Assembly (NCBI RefSeq): GCF_964194155.1
Contig: NC_135881.1
Span: 52,018,001 to 52,082,000, forward strand
Origin: Cetorhinus maximus
Lineage: Eukaryota
DNA length: 64,000 bases
Reading direction: 5' to 3'
The notes under the pieces were generated by a model, which saw only the letters and a program-made list of their open reading frames with translations, searched no databases and had not been told where the DNA came from. The position numbers were made by a program, and so were the translations under genes. How positions within the stretch are numbered: position 1 is the first letter of the stretch; every line of letters starts with the position of its first letter. Positions 24,371 through 36,305 of the stretch are shown here, in pieces.

Positions 24371-27289
24371 CATAACCATATTTGCAGAGCAAAATGTATG
24401 TATGCAACTGTATCGGTGAAAGGATAGTTCACCAAGACCAATCCGTGGTTTCACTGCTTGCACGTCTATATTCTAAAATATAATTTTCTCATTTTAAAAA
24501 AGGACTACCAGTTATCGTGAAAAGCAACTAAAATTATAAATTTTCCATCTAACGCCTGAGTTTAGGTTAGTCAGATACGTAAAAATATTCAGAATATGTA
24601 CAACTTGTTTACATTTACTTCATTTCAACCCATTTTTAATGATCGTGTGTTTTATAAAAATATACAAAAAGCTTATTTGGATGCATCTGTTCATATCCAG
24701 CTTGCCTTGCTATTCAGATGTTCTGTTTTCCGCTTTCATTAACATGTGTCTTATGTCTTCTGATTCGACTGCATCCAGTCACATTTTAGAAGCATTTATA
24801 TTTGCAGCTAAAGGTCGCCTCCATTATCACTGTTTCAAAAAAGGAAAGGTTTCCCGAGATTCAAATGATTCTTTATTAAATTTATTGTTCAACTCCTTAG
24901 TATATTCATCCCTACGTGGTCCACTTCAATCTTCGCAATAGTATTTTCTTAGAAAAAAATTGAATGGATACTTAAGATAAATTATTTTAAGCTACATATT
25001 TAACGCTTCCAAACCGTGTAGATTTTCCGCAATGCTCGGGGCTGCACCTGAATGTAAAACAAGTGTTAGTATCGCTCTCTAAAGCTATATTTGGCTCAGA
25101 TACTGATGACGCAGGCGCAAATGAAGCGTGCACGTTGGGCATTCGCAGCTTCGTGGAGCGATTAAGCTGTTTCGTTCCTTTTTGCCGATTTTTGTACCAA
25201 TTGTCAAGTTTTGCCAAACAGATCAAATTAAATTAATAACAACTGATGCAAAAATACTTGAACAAGAACTTACCTTTAAAATGTGAGAGTCACCGTACGA
25301 TAAACTAGTGTGAGTAACCATGTTTCCAAAGTGCGGTATGGGGAAAGTGAAACTGTAAAACCAGTTTACTAATTCTGGCCGCTCTAGATCTGACTTAATC
25401 CGTTACTGGGGTAATTACGCATCGATCGACACTTCAAGGCCCGCCTCTGTCATTTAGACGTCACAGACTTGGAGCTGCTGAAATGCTAGGCTGTCAATCA
25501 GTAGCTTTTGTCGTAATGAAATGGCTGTTTAAGGAGGTCCGATGTAATTTATGGAATAGGTATGGTACATACTTTAAATGTCGCAATATGATTATTATTT
25601 ACGCGTTATTAAATATTATTTAACAGTTACAACAAACTTCCGAATATTTTAAGAGATTACGATTTACTTGATTATTAGAGTAAAAACCTACTTATGCTAG
25701 TTGCAAGGCAAAATCGGTTAGCAATTTCGAGATTGGTCTATTTTTGAAAATCGGACTGAGGTGATTGCATTGACCAAGCGCCAGTGATGTTTAACATTCA
25801 CATTGAAACTGTTTTGAACTTTCTCAAGGGCATTTAAGCAGCTCATTTGTCATGACGTTACTATATCCCGTTGAACAGTGTTAAGAATGAAGCTTAGACA
25901 TTGGCGAGTTGTGATATGTTTGGGGTTGCTGAGTGCTTAATTGTAATTTTTCACGTAGTCGGTCATATGTTGTTGCCCAGTAATGAGCCAGCCTCAATAT
26001 CAAGAAGGTTTTGCCAGCTTTATGTATTACAATTGTTGACTAACGACCACCAAGCCTTATAAACGCTGGAGGAACCGTGGCGATAGTCTGTTTAATGATT
26101 ACCTAATTTTACAGGTCTGAATAGGGAGGAGGGGATTAGCCATAGCAACTCGCACATAACTTCATCATTTTATGCAAGCAACTGAATTGGCATCATAACC
26201 TACTGAGGAATGTAAAACTTAAACACATGGGCTCTCTTTAGCCAAATTATTTCAACACAAACCAGTTCCACGTCTCTACTGGAATTGATTATCCTGGGAT
26301 AAAGCTCACAAAATATTTGTCTGCTGTTTGTCTCCTGAAAAAACAGTTTGGATAATATTGTATTTGTGAACAGTTTTCTCACCAGGGGAAATATTTTTGT
26401 AGTTTAATTATGTCAGTATCTACTATTTCTTTTTTTAAAAGCATCTTAAATGATGCCTTTGGAATTATTCAAAACTTGTACATACTTCTCACTCAGCACC
26501 AAATAAATGCAAAACGGTAAATATTCGATATGTAAACAACACGCAATCTGGAACATAACAACAACCAGACGAGTTCACTATTTGTAGATAATGAAAATAC
26601 GGCGTTAATGCTGCGACAGTAAGCATGATGTCTTTGTTTTTCCACTAGTTTGTATAAAAGGTTGCATGGTACGTAAGGTGCCTGTTGCTGCTGCGTGGAC
26701 GTTTGCAGATCGATGGGTTAAAGTCAAAACCACCCCACGCGGAAAATGAAAAGATAACATCGAAGGAGTAATTTCCGTAACGAAACCCTATTTTGTCATC
26801 ATTAAACATATTTTGCATTCGGCACATCAGGTTAACTGGCATAGAACTACTAAATTATAAAAAGATTCGCCTCGTAATACCATTCCAACCTGCTCAAGGT
26901 GAGATTGTGATGATATTAGTGTGATGACTCCGGCTGCTGCTAGCACCGGGGGTAGAAACAAGGCAAGAGATTTGCGCATGTGCAGGCATTTGCCCTGCAT
27001 GTTATGTACTTATTAATGAAATTTATCAAATGTCATTATCAGTATGCCTTCTTTATTAATCTGTGTTCAAATACCCCAGAGTGTTTTTTTTCTCTTATAT
27101 TTGTATTTTAAACTTGTTTCTAAGAATAATTATATGGGAAAATATCCACAAAGTACAGATCAGATATGGTGTTGGAGAAATAGAGGCTGGGGAGAGAACG
27201 AACTGCATATGGTTTCTCTGTTCTCTGCACCATTTTTTTAGATTTAAAAAAAATTATTTTTAGCTTCAAAGAAATGAATCAACTTACTG

Positions 27290-27620
27290 AGGCACAACTG
27301 CACCGTCTTTCAACTGAAAAGTTAAATTGAGGACCCGTCTGTCCTCTCATGTAGACCTAAAAATCCCATGGCAATATTTGGAAGAGCAGGAGAGTTATTC
27401 CTCTATCCTGGCCAATATTTATCCCTGAATCAACATCATAGACATCACCTGCTTATTATCACATTGCTGTTTGTTGGAAATTACTGTGCGCAAATTGTCT
27501 GCCGCATTCCCTATATTGCAACAGTGACTACACTTCAAAAAAGTAGTTCATTGGCTGTAAAACGCATTGCTACGTCCTGAGGTCGTGAAAGGCGCTATAT
27601 AAATGCAAGTCCTTATTTTG
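27290..27620 (+). mobile_element. tRNA-SINE body and tail remnant
   Basis: CCTGGCCAATATTTATC...ATTATCACATTGCTGTTTG...GAAAGGCGCTATATAAATGCAAGT, shared with the other SINE copies. Confidence 0.7.
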
Positions 27621-30600
27621 TTTTAAAAACAGTACAAACCTTGCTTATTGGGCCCTTTGGGGCACGAATTGCACCCTGGTAAATCCACTGGCCTTCAAAA
27701 TCATAAAATATGACTGTGCTATATTGACAGCTATTAGCGCTACGATTCAAGGTTCGCAGAAACTACGAACTTTCTTTATCGTTTAGGTAAGCAGAAAATG
27801 ATACAGAATTGATACACACCTTGTTGCATACTATTCAAAACAGCATAATCATCAACTACACTTACAGCCTTCGTTTAGGTCATAACTGAAAACGAGTTCG
27901 GTTCCAGGCCTGTCACTTGCAAGAAGAAATTGATGCTGTCTCAAACAGAATACGGATTTTTGATTTATCGTTCCGCTTGATGCACAAAGAAACGTGTTAT
28001 AACTATAAACCTGTACTTAGTTGAATAATAAGCTGCAGTAGAAATTATGAAACAAGTGAAGGTGACATAACCAGAAGTGTCATAACACGGTGTTTATTAA
28101 AGCAACGTGCTTTTACAACTGTGCGTTAACACACACAGCCATTCGAACTGGTTGTTGGTCGTTCGTTCGGTTCTTTCTCAAGTTGACATTTTTACAGAAA
28201 TAACGTTTTGGGAAGGAGTGGTCCTTTCACATTTCAGAAATATTAGCACTATTGCCGTACGTAATAACGTAATTACATATCACGGTCATATCAGATGGCC
28301 CATTGACGCCCACAGGAGTAAGGAAACTAATAATGTCAGACCAATGAATAACAATGTTTGCTCCCACATGTCAAATTAATGTATGCAAAATATTGTTTAT
28401 CATGTCAGGTTTTTCCCCTTCTGAGCCTCATCGACTGACTCCTCCCACGCACAGTTCAGCAGCCGGATATAGTTACAGATTACAATAGTTATATTGACGT
28501 GCAGTTGAGAAATCAAATTACAAATGAAATGAAGCGCATATCTTCGAAGAACCAATCTCACGTGAAGTAAAAGTGACGTTTTTATGGCAACGTCTTTCTG
28601 TGCACGTTCTTACGTATTTTTGGAGCGCCTCTCTTTTTCTAAGCAGTACGCTAGTTTTCACGTTTGCTTTTTGCCACTAACATATGAGTACTGTATTCGA
28701 CCTTCCCTGCATGATATCAATCACCCACTTCAATTGAAATGCCAATGCGCGAAGCGGGGTTCTACTAGTAAAGTCATTATGAAGTGTTCATGAAGCTGGT
28801 AGTTTTACTGAATCAATGGTCAGAGTCCATTGCGGGCTGGCGTGGGGGCGGGGAGGTCAGACAAGGATACGTTGAGAAATTGTTTCTCCCACAGGGGTGA
28901 GGCGGAGTGGGGAACATCAATGTTGAGGAAATATGAGAAACATAACAGATAATTGTCACAACGATACCTAGTATAGGCCTTATTGGAATCCGTGCATTCA
29001 TGTTTATTTTTAAACAAGCAGGGGTTGCTCGTAATGCGGAAATAATCTTGAACTTCTAATCTACTTCTGAAAGGCAAAACTAACTTCTGCCTTAGTCAGT
29101 ATGAAATAGGAATGTTTATTGAATTGCAATGGGACATGAGGGTTTATGAATTCAACTTTCATCGTATCGTATATTCAAGAAGGTACCGTTTATCAGAGAA
29201 AAAAAAAGCAAGTTATAGCAAAAGCGCGCCCAATAAGTTCCAAACTGTAACTAGTTAAGAGGCAAGAGGGACTTTATGGAATGAAAATGAGAGAATCGCT
29301 GTTTTTCTCCTTATTGTTCATCTTGTCTTTATAGAAGCCTGCTTCGAGGCAACGTAGATAACATTACGATTTAATTAGGCAATTTAATTTCGTATCTTGT
29401 GATCATGCGTGTATCGACCGGCCCTTTGGGTTGTAATTTCCTATTGCATATCAAAAGCTGATTTAGCAAGTTAACCGCCCACCAAGCAGCGGCAGCTGTG
29501 ATTATCTTGAACTCTTCCAATCCAAAATGATGCATGTTAAAAATCTCAAAACCAACAGTAATTGGTGAAATGTTTCGATATTTCACTCCCCAACCCCATT
29601 GCTACAACGGGTTGATCAGATTAAGTCACTAATCACGTGATGCATCTTTTAAGGGGAATACGGACTGTGATATTGAAGAAGCACCCCTCTCATTTTTTGG
29701 TGTTGTGAGCAGTTAAGTAGCTCGACTTTAATATATAGTTCATTCTTGACTGGCTTCCATTGGCTTAGGCAATGATATAATGTCACTGGGCTGTAGCTTC
29801 ACTACTTCGAAAGAACCATGGTAGTCGTATTTACATATGTTTCCAATCTACTCTGGCGGCAACGCTGAACGGGAACATGTGGTGTTTTATTCGTTTAATG
29901 CATATTTTAAATTTCCATGACTTTTTTTTCCATTCGCCATTGAGACGAGATGATCTGGAGATAAAATGTCAACGTGACTCCGTAGCTCCAGCTCCTGGGT
30001 CGAGAAGGTTATAGGTTCAGCCTATCGTCAGAGGTGCCAACTTTCAGGTGGGATATCAAACCTGGGTCCATTATGTGTTATAGTTTCCACGGTATTGTTT
30101 GAGGACAACAGGAGTTCACCTGATAATGAGTAACTTAGAAATGAATACAAACACCGGAAACCCGAAATGAAAACAGAATGCAGGTCAGCATGCATAAAAA
30201 GAAAGCTGATGCTGAACGACTTGCTGCGTATTTCCAGAACTTTTAATTTTTATTTATGAAGTCTTTCACCATTGTGATAGCTGTTCTTAGCTCTGTCACC
30301 ACCTGTTGTTTTTGCATTGTTTTCAGTGGGGCCTTGCTGTATTTCCGACGGCTGCCACATTTGCTTACATAACAACAGTCACTGTACTTCTACTATATAA
30401 ACAGTAATAACTACAATCCAACTGGTATCTGTTGGAAATTTCGATTGGGTGTGAGACCACCTGATCAGTTAATCTCTCATTAGCCTTCTCCCCAAATGGA
30501 ATAACTGCCGCCCGTGCAAAGTAGAAATGAGGCTGGAGTTCAAGTATTACAAAATGTAGATTTTGATCGATGTTTTCATTATGTTTGTCCCTCTCTGTTT

Positions 30601-31024
30601 AAGGGTGCATGTCAAGGGTAAGGAGGACCGGTCTCTGCGGATGGGGTGAGAACTGCGAGAGGCAGTTGCTCTCATATTTTGCTCCTTGAGGAGGGAGTCC
30701 TGGCTCCAATTATTTCCACCAGAGCGCAAGTGAGCCAATACTTTTATGGGATCATCTAGAGTAGCTGTTGGAAAATGCAGCCTGCAAATCGAGTTACATT
30801 GCGGTCACAACTCACGGAGTAAGCAGCCATGAAGTGGAGTTCTATTCTCTAGTGGCTGCCTTTTTAATATCAAAGCAGCCAGGGACAGTGTGCCCTTTGC
30901 ATAAGATGCGAATAACCGCCATATGTATAAATACCTAGAGATCCAATTCATAATTACCTCGGAACTTCTTGAATCTGACCTCACACAGGATTGATGTCCT
31001 ACCACTTTCGTCGTGGAACTGAAG

Positions 31025-31335
31025 CCCTGGGAGAATTCAGCAAGGCTCCTTCCACAGCACCTCCCAAACCCATGACCATCTAGAAGGACAAGGAACACCA
31101 CCACCTGGAAATTCCCCTCCAAGCCACTCACCACTCTGACTTGGAAATATATCGCCGTTCCTTCACTGTCGCTGGGTCAAAACCCTTTCTAACAGCACTG
31201 TGTGTGTATCTACACCACATGGACTGCAGCAGTTCAAGAAGGCAGTTCACCACCACCTTCTCAAGAGCAACTAGGGATGGGCAATAAATGCTGGCCCAGC
31301 CAGTGAAGCCCACATCCCGTCAATGATAAAAAAAA
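31025..31335 (+). mobile_element. L2/Crack-like LINE 3' end
   Basis: Near-collinear with 12920-13240. Confidence 0.85.
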
Positions 31336-34300
31336 TTCCAGCAAGCAGGAGGGATCTCAAACATTTTGGGTTTAGCGCATGGGTCAGTCAAATTGGATCT
31401 ATGTGATAGTGCCATTTTGAGGCACGTACCCATGTAAAAATGGGTGTATAACTGCAACCTGTGCTTCTGGTGTCAGAGAAAAAAATCATTTTCTATTGTT
31501 AAGATTTCACTGGCGGTCGAAGACAATTTATAGATGAAAGCGAACTTCTCCTTCAATCAATTAATGTACGGGAATCATTCCTTAAGCGTTTTTTAGTTTT
31601 CCACGTAATAATTTTAAACAATATTTGTTGATGTGTGTTCCTGATGCCTTTCATATTTCAAAAACGATGCACTCCAGACTGCGTGGTAACGTAATTAAAA
31701 ATGTAAATCTTGACCAGATTCTTCAATACTTCTCTCCCATCTGTTTAAGGAAGTACGTCACGGGGGAGCGGGGGTGGGGGGAACGGGAGTAGTGGGAGCG
31801 GACTCCAAAGCAGAGCTTCTCTACTCTTTTCCCCCTTGTGGAACAGCACCTTCGGGCTCCCCATTACGCCTATCCTAGTGCAAATCAGCCACGAGTTTTA
31901 TCTTATAATCTATTCAAAGACAGTGGCACTATGTGAATGCAATATTGGTCGCTAATTCTGCTAGCTTCCATAATCTGCTAAAGACTTCTACTAAATCTTG
32001 AGAGTGCTCTGCCATTTATCTCAACTCGGACGTTAAAACAGAAGCTATAATCACATCCAAGGTTTCGGAGATTTGCCTTGTGAAGATAGGCTCACAAATG
32101 ACTACCCTCATTTGCACTGAATGAAACAATTTCATTGTCCTAAAGGAATGGTGAAAGGAATTCTGGTTCTAAGACTCTCCAGTAAAAGCCTAAATATGTT
32201 AATTAAAATATTTTATTTCCAATTCTAAACTGTTCCTTTTTTCTCTCTCTCTCTCTCTCTCTTCCCCCTCCCCCATAACCTGACTGAAAGGACGACAAGC
32301 CATCTGCCATTGCTTTACTGGCGAGCCGCCGGAAAAAAATGCAATGGGAGAATAATCACCGCACCATGCACCACCTCTCTTAAGCTGGCACCGTGTAATG
32401 TCCTGCGTTGGGAATATGCCTCCAGTTGACATGAAATCGTTGACATGAATTTATGTTTAACCCACATGATGGACTTTTGTTTTAATGAAAAAATGAAATA
32501 ATAACAGAATCACAGAATTATTACTGTGTAGAAGGAGGCCATTCGGCCCATCGTGTCTGCACCATAAATACAAGGTTTCATTCTGCACTCAATGCAACCA
32601 CAGGACACTTGTGAATAAACCTAGACTGTCCGAGATCCTTGAAACCCCACCATTCCAGCCACCGTTCACTGTGTTGCTACGGAAAAGAAATAGCTCAAGT
32701 TTGATCAGTTTCTGTGATTTCTTAATCAATGCCGTTTTTTCCAATACTTTGTATTTATAATGTGTGTATGGTTTAGAGCCACATAAGAAAGGATACTTCC
32801 TCAAAATGTCTCTTTTACTCCTGCCCCACCTTTACACATACGGTCTTGTATACATCCACATTCATTAAAAGCCGGAACCAATGCAAGTCAACGTCATATT
32901 TTTTCAGAATGGTTCTGTCCTTAAAACGTAACTTTTACCGGCTAGTGTATCTCAGCGACCTATTGCTTCACAAAATGCTGCCTTTGTGGCCGATTCAAAA
33001 CTGTGATTGACACACGATGATGGAAGACGTTAGTGCCAATCCGCAAATGTTGTACATTTAAAACACTCTGACGTCACCCACAAAAGTCAGGATTTTGGTA
33101 TTTGTACAAATAGTTCGCTAATGAAGTAGAAAAAGGAAGGCAAATCAATATTGCTGATGAAGGATTACATCTGACGCATTAACTTGCCTGTTCACTGCTG
33201 GTGCTGACTGGCCTTCAAAGTGTTTCCAATATTTTCTGTTTTTTATTTCATATGCAGTTTTTTATTTTGATTTTTATCAGTATTTCTGTTTATATGTTTA
33301 GGCAAAGAGTCACCGGTCTTTCAGACAGCGTAGGGTACGGATAGCAAGGTGAGGTCAGCTGTGCCAGCCCCATCATTCAGAAGCATCCCTGACATAAGTG
33401 AAGTGAAAATAGGGAGAATTCTGGAAGGGTACGGCTTTCTCGGCTGCAGCTTACGTGGTGATACGTCTTCAGGCGTTAAACCTGATACAAATCCTGCAAG
33501 TGAAACTTGATCTTTCTGACAGGGCCCCAAACGTAAAATCTCGCAAAGGCTTAAAAGGCTGTTGCTTGAATGCTGACTTTGCATCGAATGCTGAAGCACT
33601 ACAACAAAGCTACCGATACGCTGCGGGTAGCAGAGAGTGAAGGGGTATCAGCCACAGATACTCACAACTAGCGCCTTTAATCAAGCCTTTAAATTATATG
33701 ACTACTTCGTATGTATAAATCTTTCTTGACATTCCACATAACGAGAATGGTAAACTTGACAATTTGTTGCCTCACATGCCAAAACCAGCAAAGTCAAAGG
33801 CTGAAAATGGAATCAAGTATTGCCAAAAGTGAAATCTTTACGAGAACTGTCAGGAACGTCCCAACTTTAGCTGCGAAGAACTGATATGAATGACCTACTA
33901 TTACATTACTTTTAAATATGGCAACAAGAAAAACATTTGCTGTGGACATTGTGTATTGTCAAAATAATGTATTTTCCCACGTTTTAATTTATAAACAAAG
34001 CCTGTGATAAATCCCACGGCTCGTGTGGCTTATACAAACTGTGGGCACCGTCTGAAGTTTACAGCGGGTTCAAGCTACTCTTCTGAACAAAAGTAAACGA
34101 ACAAGGCAAACTGCCTGTCATCCAGAGAGGTCTGTTAACCGTTCTTTAAAGAGACCGCACCTAATTGGTCGACTATGTTATTGTTTTTCAAAGGAAATAC
34201 AACACAATATTCAGACAATTTTTATTGTGCTATTTTGCATGCCAAGATAACTTTTTTACAGCTGTGTAGAAAAGTGAAACCGTGAAAACATTTCGTAGAA

Positions 34301-36174
34301 TTCGTGTTTTAAACATGTAAATATACCATGTAAGTTCTGTTCTATTTGAAAATATTAGCATAGCTTTATATTTGATGTATATGATAGAATAAGAGGAATT
34401 CATTGTATATGCCCAAAAAGTACGCTCAGCTGTGTCTTCCTCCTTAAGCTAGTCTTTGGTTTCATGTTATGTCTTTCTGAAGTGTAAAAGCTGGACCTAT
34501 TAAATATAACATCACTCTTTTATAAGTTATATTTTCAAAATCATTGCAGTTGAATGTATTTTTCCAAAGGCCGCGGCATCTGTGGTATCAGTTATCCACG
34601 ATTTCTGTCCATTGTTTTCTTAACACACATCCCTATGAACAATTTTCCACCAGGGACAATGAAGGGTGGTCTGTTTATATATTCGGCATAGATTCCAATA
34701 TGTAATCACTTTTCGAAACTTCCATTTTTAGAAATTGACAAAAACACGACGACTCGCAAGAAATATTTGTGAAATTAAGTATTAGATTTTATCCTTTCAC
34801 ATGATGTGGGCGTCTTTGGCTAAGCCAGCATTTGTTGCCGATCCCTAAATTGTCCTTGCGAAATTGGTGGTGAGCCGCCTTCTTGAACTGCTGCAGTCCT
34901 TCTAGTGTAGGTACACCCATAGTGCTGTTAGAAAGTATTGCAGTGGTATGTGACTAAGAGCTTTATTTCGCCTGTTTGTTGACATGTTTGAATGGAATTC
35001 TTGTTAAAACAATGTCGTGTACAAATAAAAGGTTTATTACATATCGTTCATCATAACATACAATTATCTGTAGCTGCAGCTTTACACTGTTTCCATCTTT
35101 ATGTTTTAAGCGCATATAAGAACAGAATTCCCTAATGTTAGATCATCATTGCTGAATCAAGCAATCACATTATTAAATAAGTGACTAATATCCATAAAGT
35201 GAACTAACCCCCTGTCTTATACATAAAATAAAGATTTGCCACATTACGTCAACGAACTTGCTCATGAGTTGACTTTTCAAAAATTTTTCCAGCTGGAAAG
35301 CCAATACTACATTTAAGTTTAAAAAAAGTATGGTTGCATATAGATTTAAGGAACGTCAAGAAGCAGTGTATATTTCCAGTATATAATACATGGATTCATC
35401 ACAATTATAGGAGAGCTTTTTTTTCAAAACACGATGTTCTCTGTTTTTCATATTACAAAGTGACAGCAAGTACAAAATAGTGAGATACACATCTGTGAAG
35501 TTTGGCATCATTTAGTGACAAATTCAGTAACGACCACAGTAAGACACACTAATGAGAATAATGTCTTATCGGACGATATAACGGCATGTCAGTGATTTTT
35601 AAAATCTGGTACATGTTATTTGGATTTACGAGTTTTGCTCCTATTCGTTTTCTTAATAATCTAATGTAAACACTGAAGTGACATCAAAACTCACATATAC
35701 AAAAGCATAAGGCTCGTGCAAACTTTTTTTTTAAACCTAAAAGCTAATTAAAAGTGTCCTGGTGTTCCAACTGAAATGGGGATAACTTTGCAGTGCGCAT
35801 TTCACCCATATTCCAAGAAGATAAAAAAAGTAAAACAGACTGAGCTGTGGACTTCATTCTCATTCCGTTTAACTTTATAAAAGTATTACCCCACACATGT
35901 AGAAAATCTTAATGTTACAATCTGTAGAGAAACTACCAACACTTCGAAAATTCTTCCGGAGTATAATATTGCATATTCTTTCTAAAGTATAAATCAGGCT
36001 TTCACCATATCTATCACCTTCGTTTGGTTCACTCGGTAGCAGAAAATAGAATACAGGTTCTCTGGAAATTGAATGAAAATGTTTAAAAGTAAGAACGAGT
36101 TCAAATGCAGCTGCGTTTGGTGGATATCAAATGTAGTATGCTCTATTAATAAACAATAATCTATTTACTACAGA

Positions 36175-36305
36175 ACGATGGAAGGTCATATACCTGAAAG
36201 GTTAATTCTATTTCTCTCTCCACGGATACTTTCAGACCTGCTCAGTATTTCCAGCATTTCCTGTATTATTTCGGTTTTCCAGCATCCGCAGCATTTTGCT
36301 CCTTT
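36175..36305 (+). repeat. Solo remnant of the Penelope terminal repeat
   Basis: GAAGGTCATATACCTGAAAGGTTAATTC...GACCTGCTCAGTATTTCCAGCAT matches 6480-6680. Confidence 0.7.
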
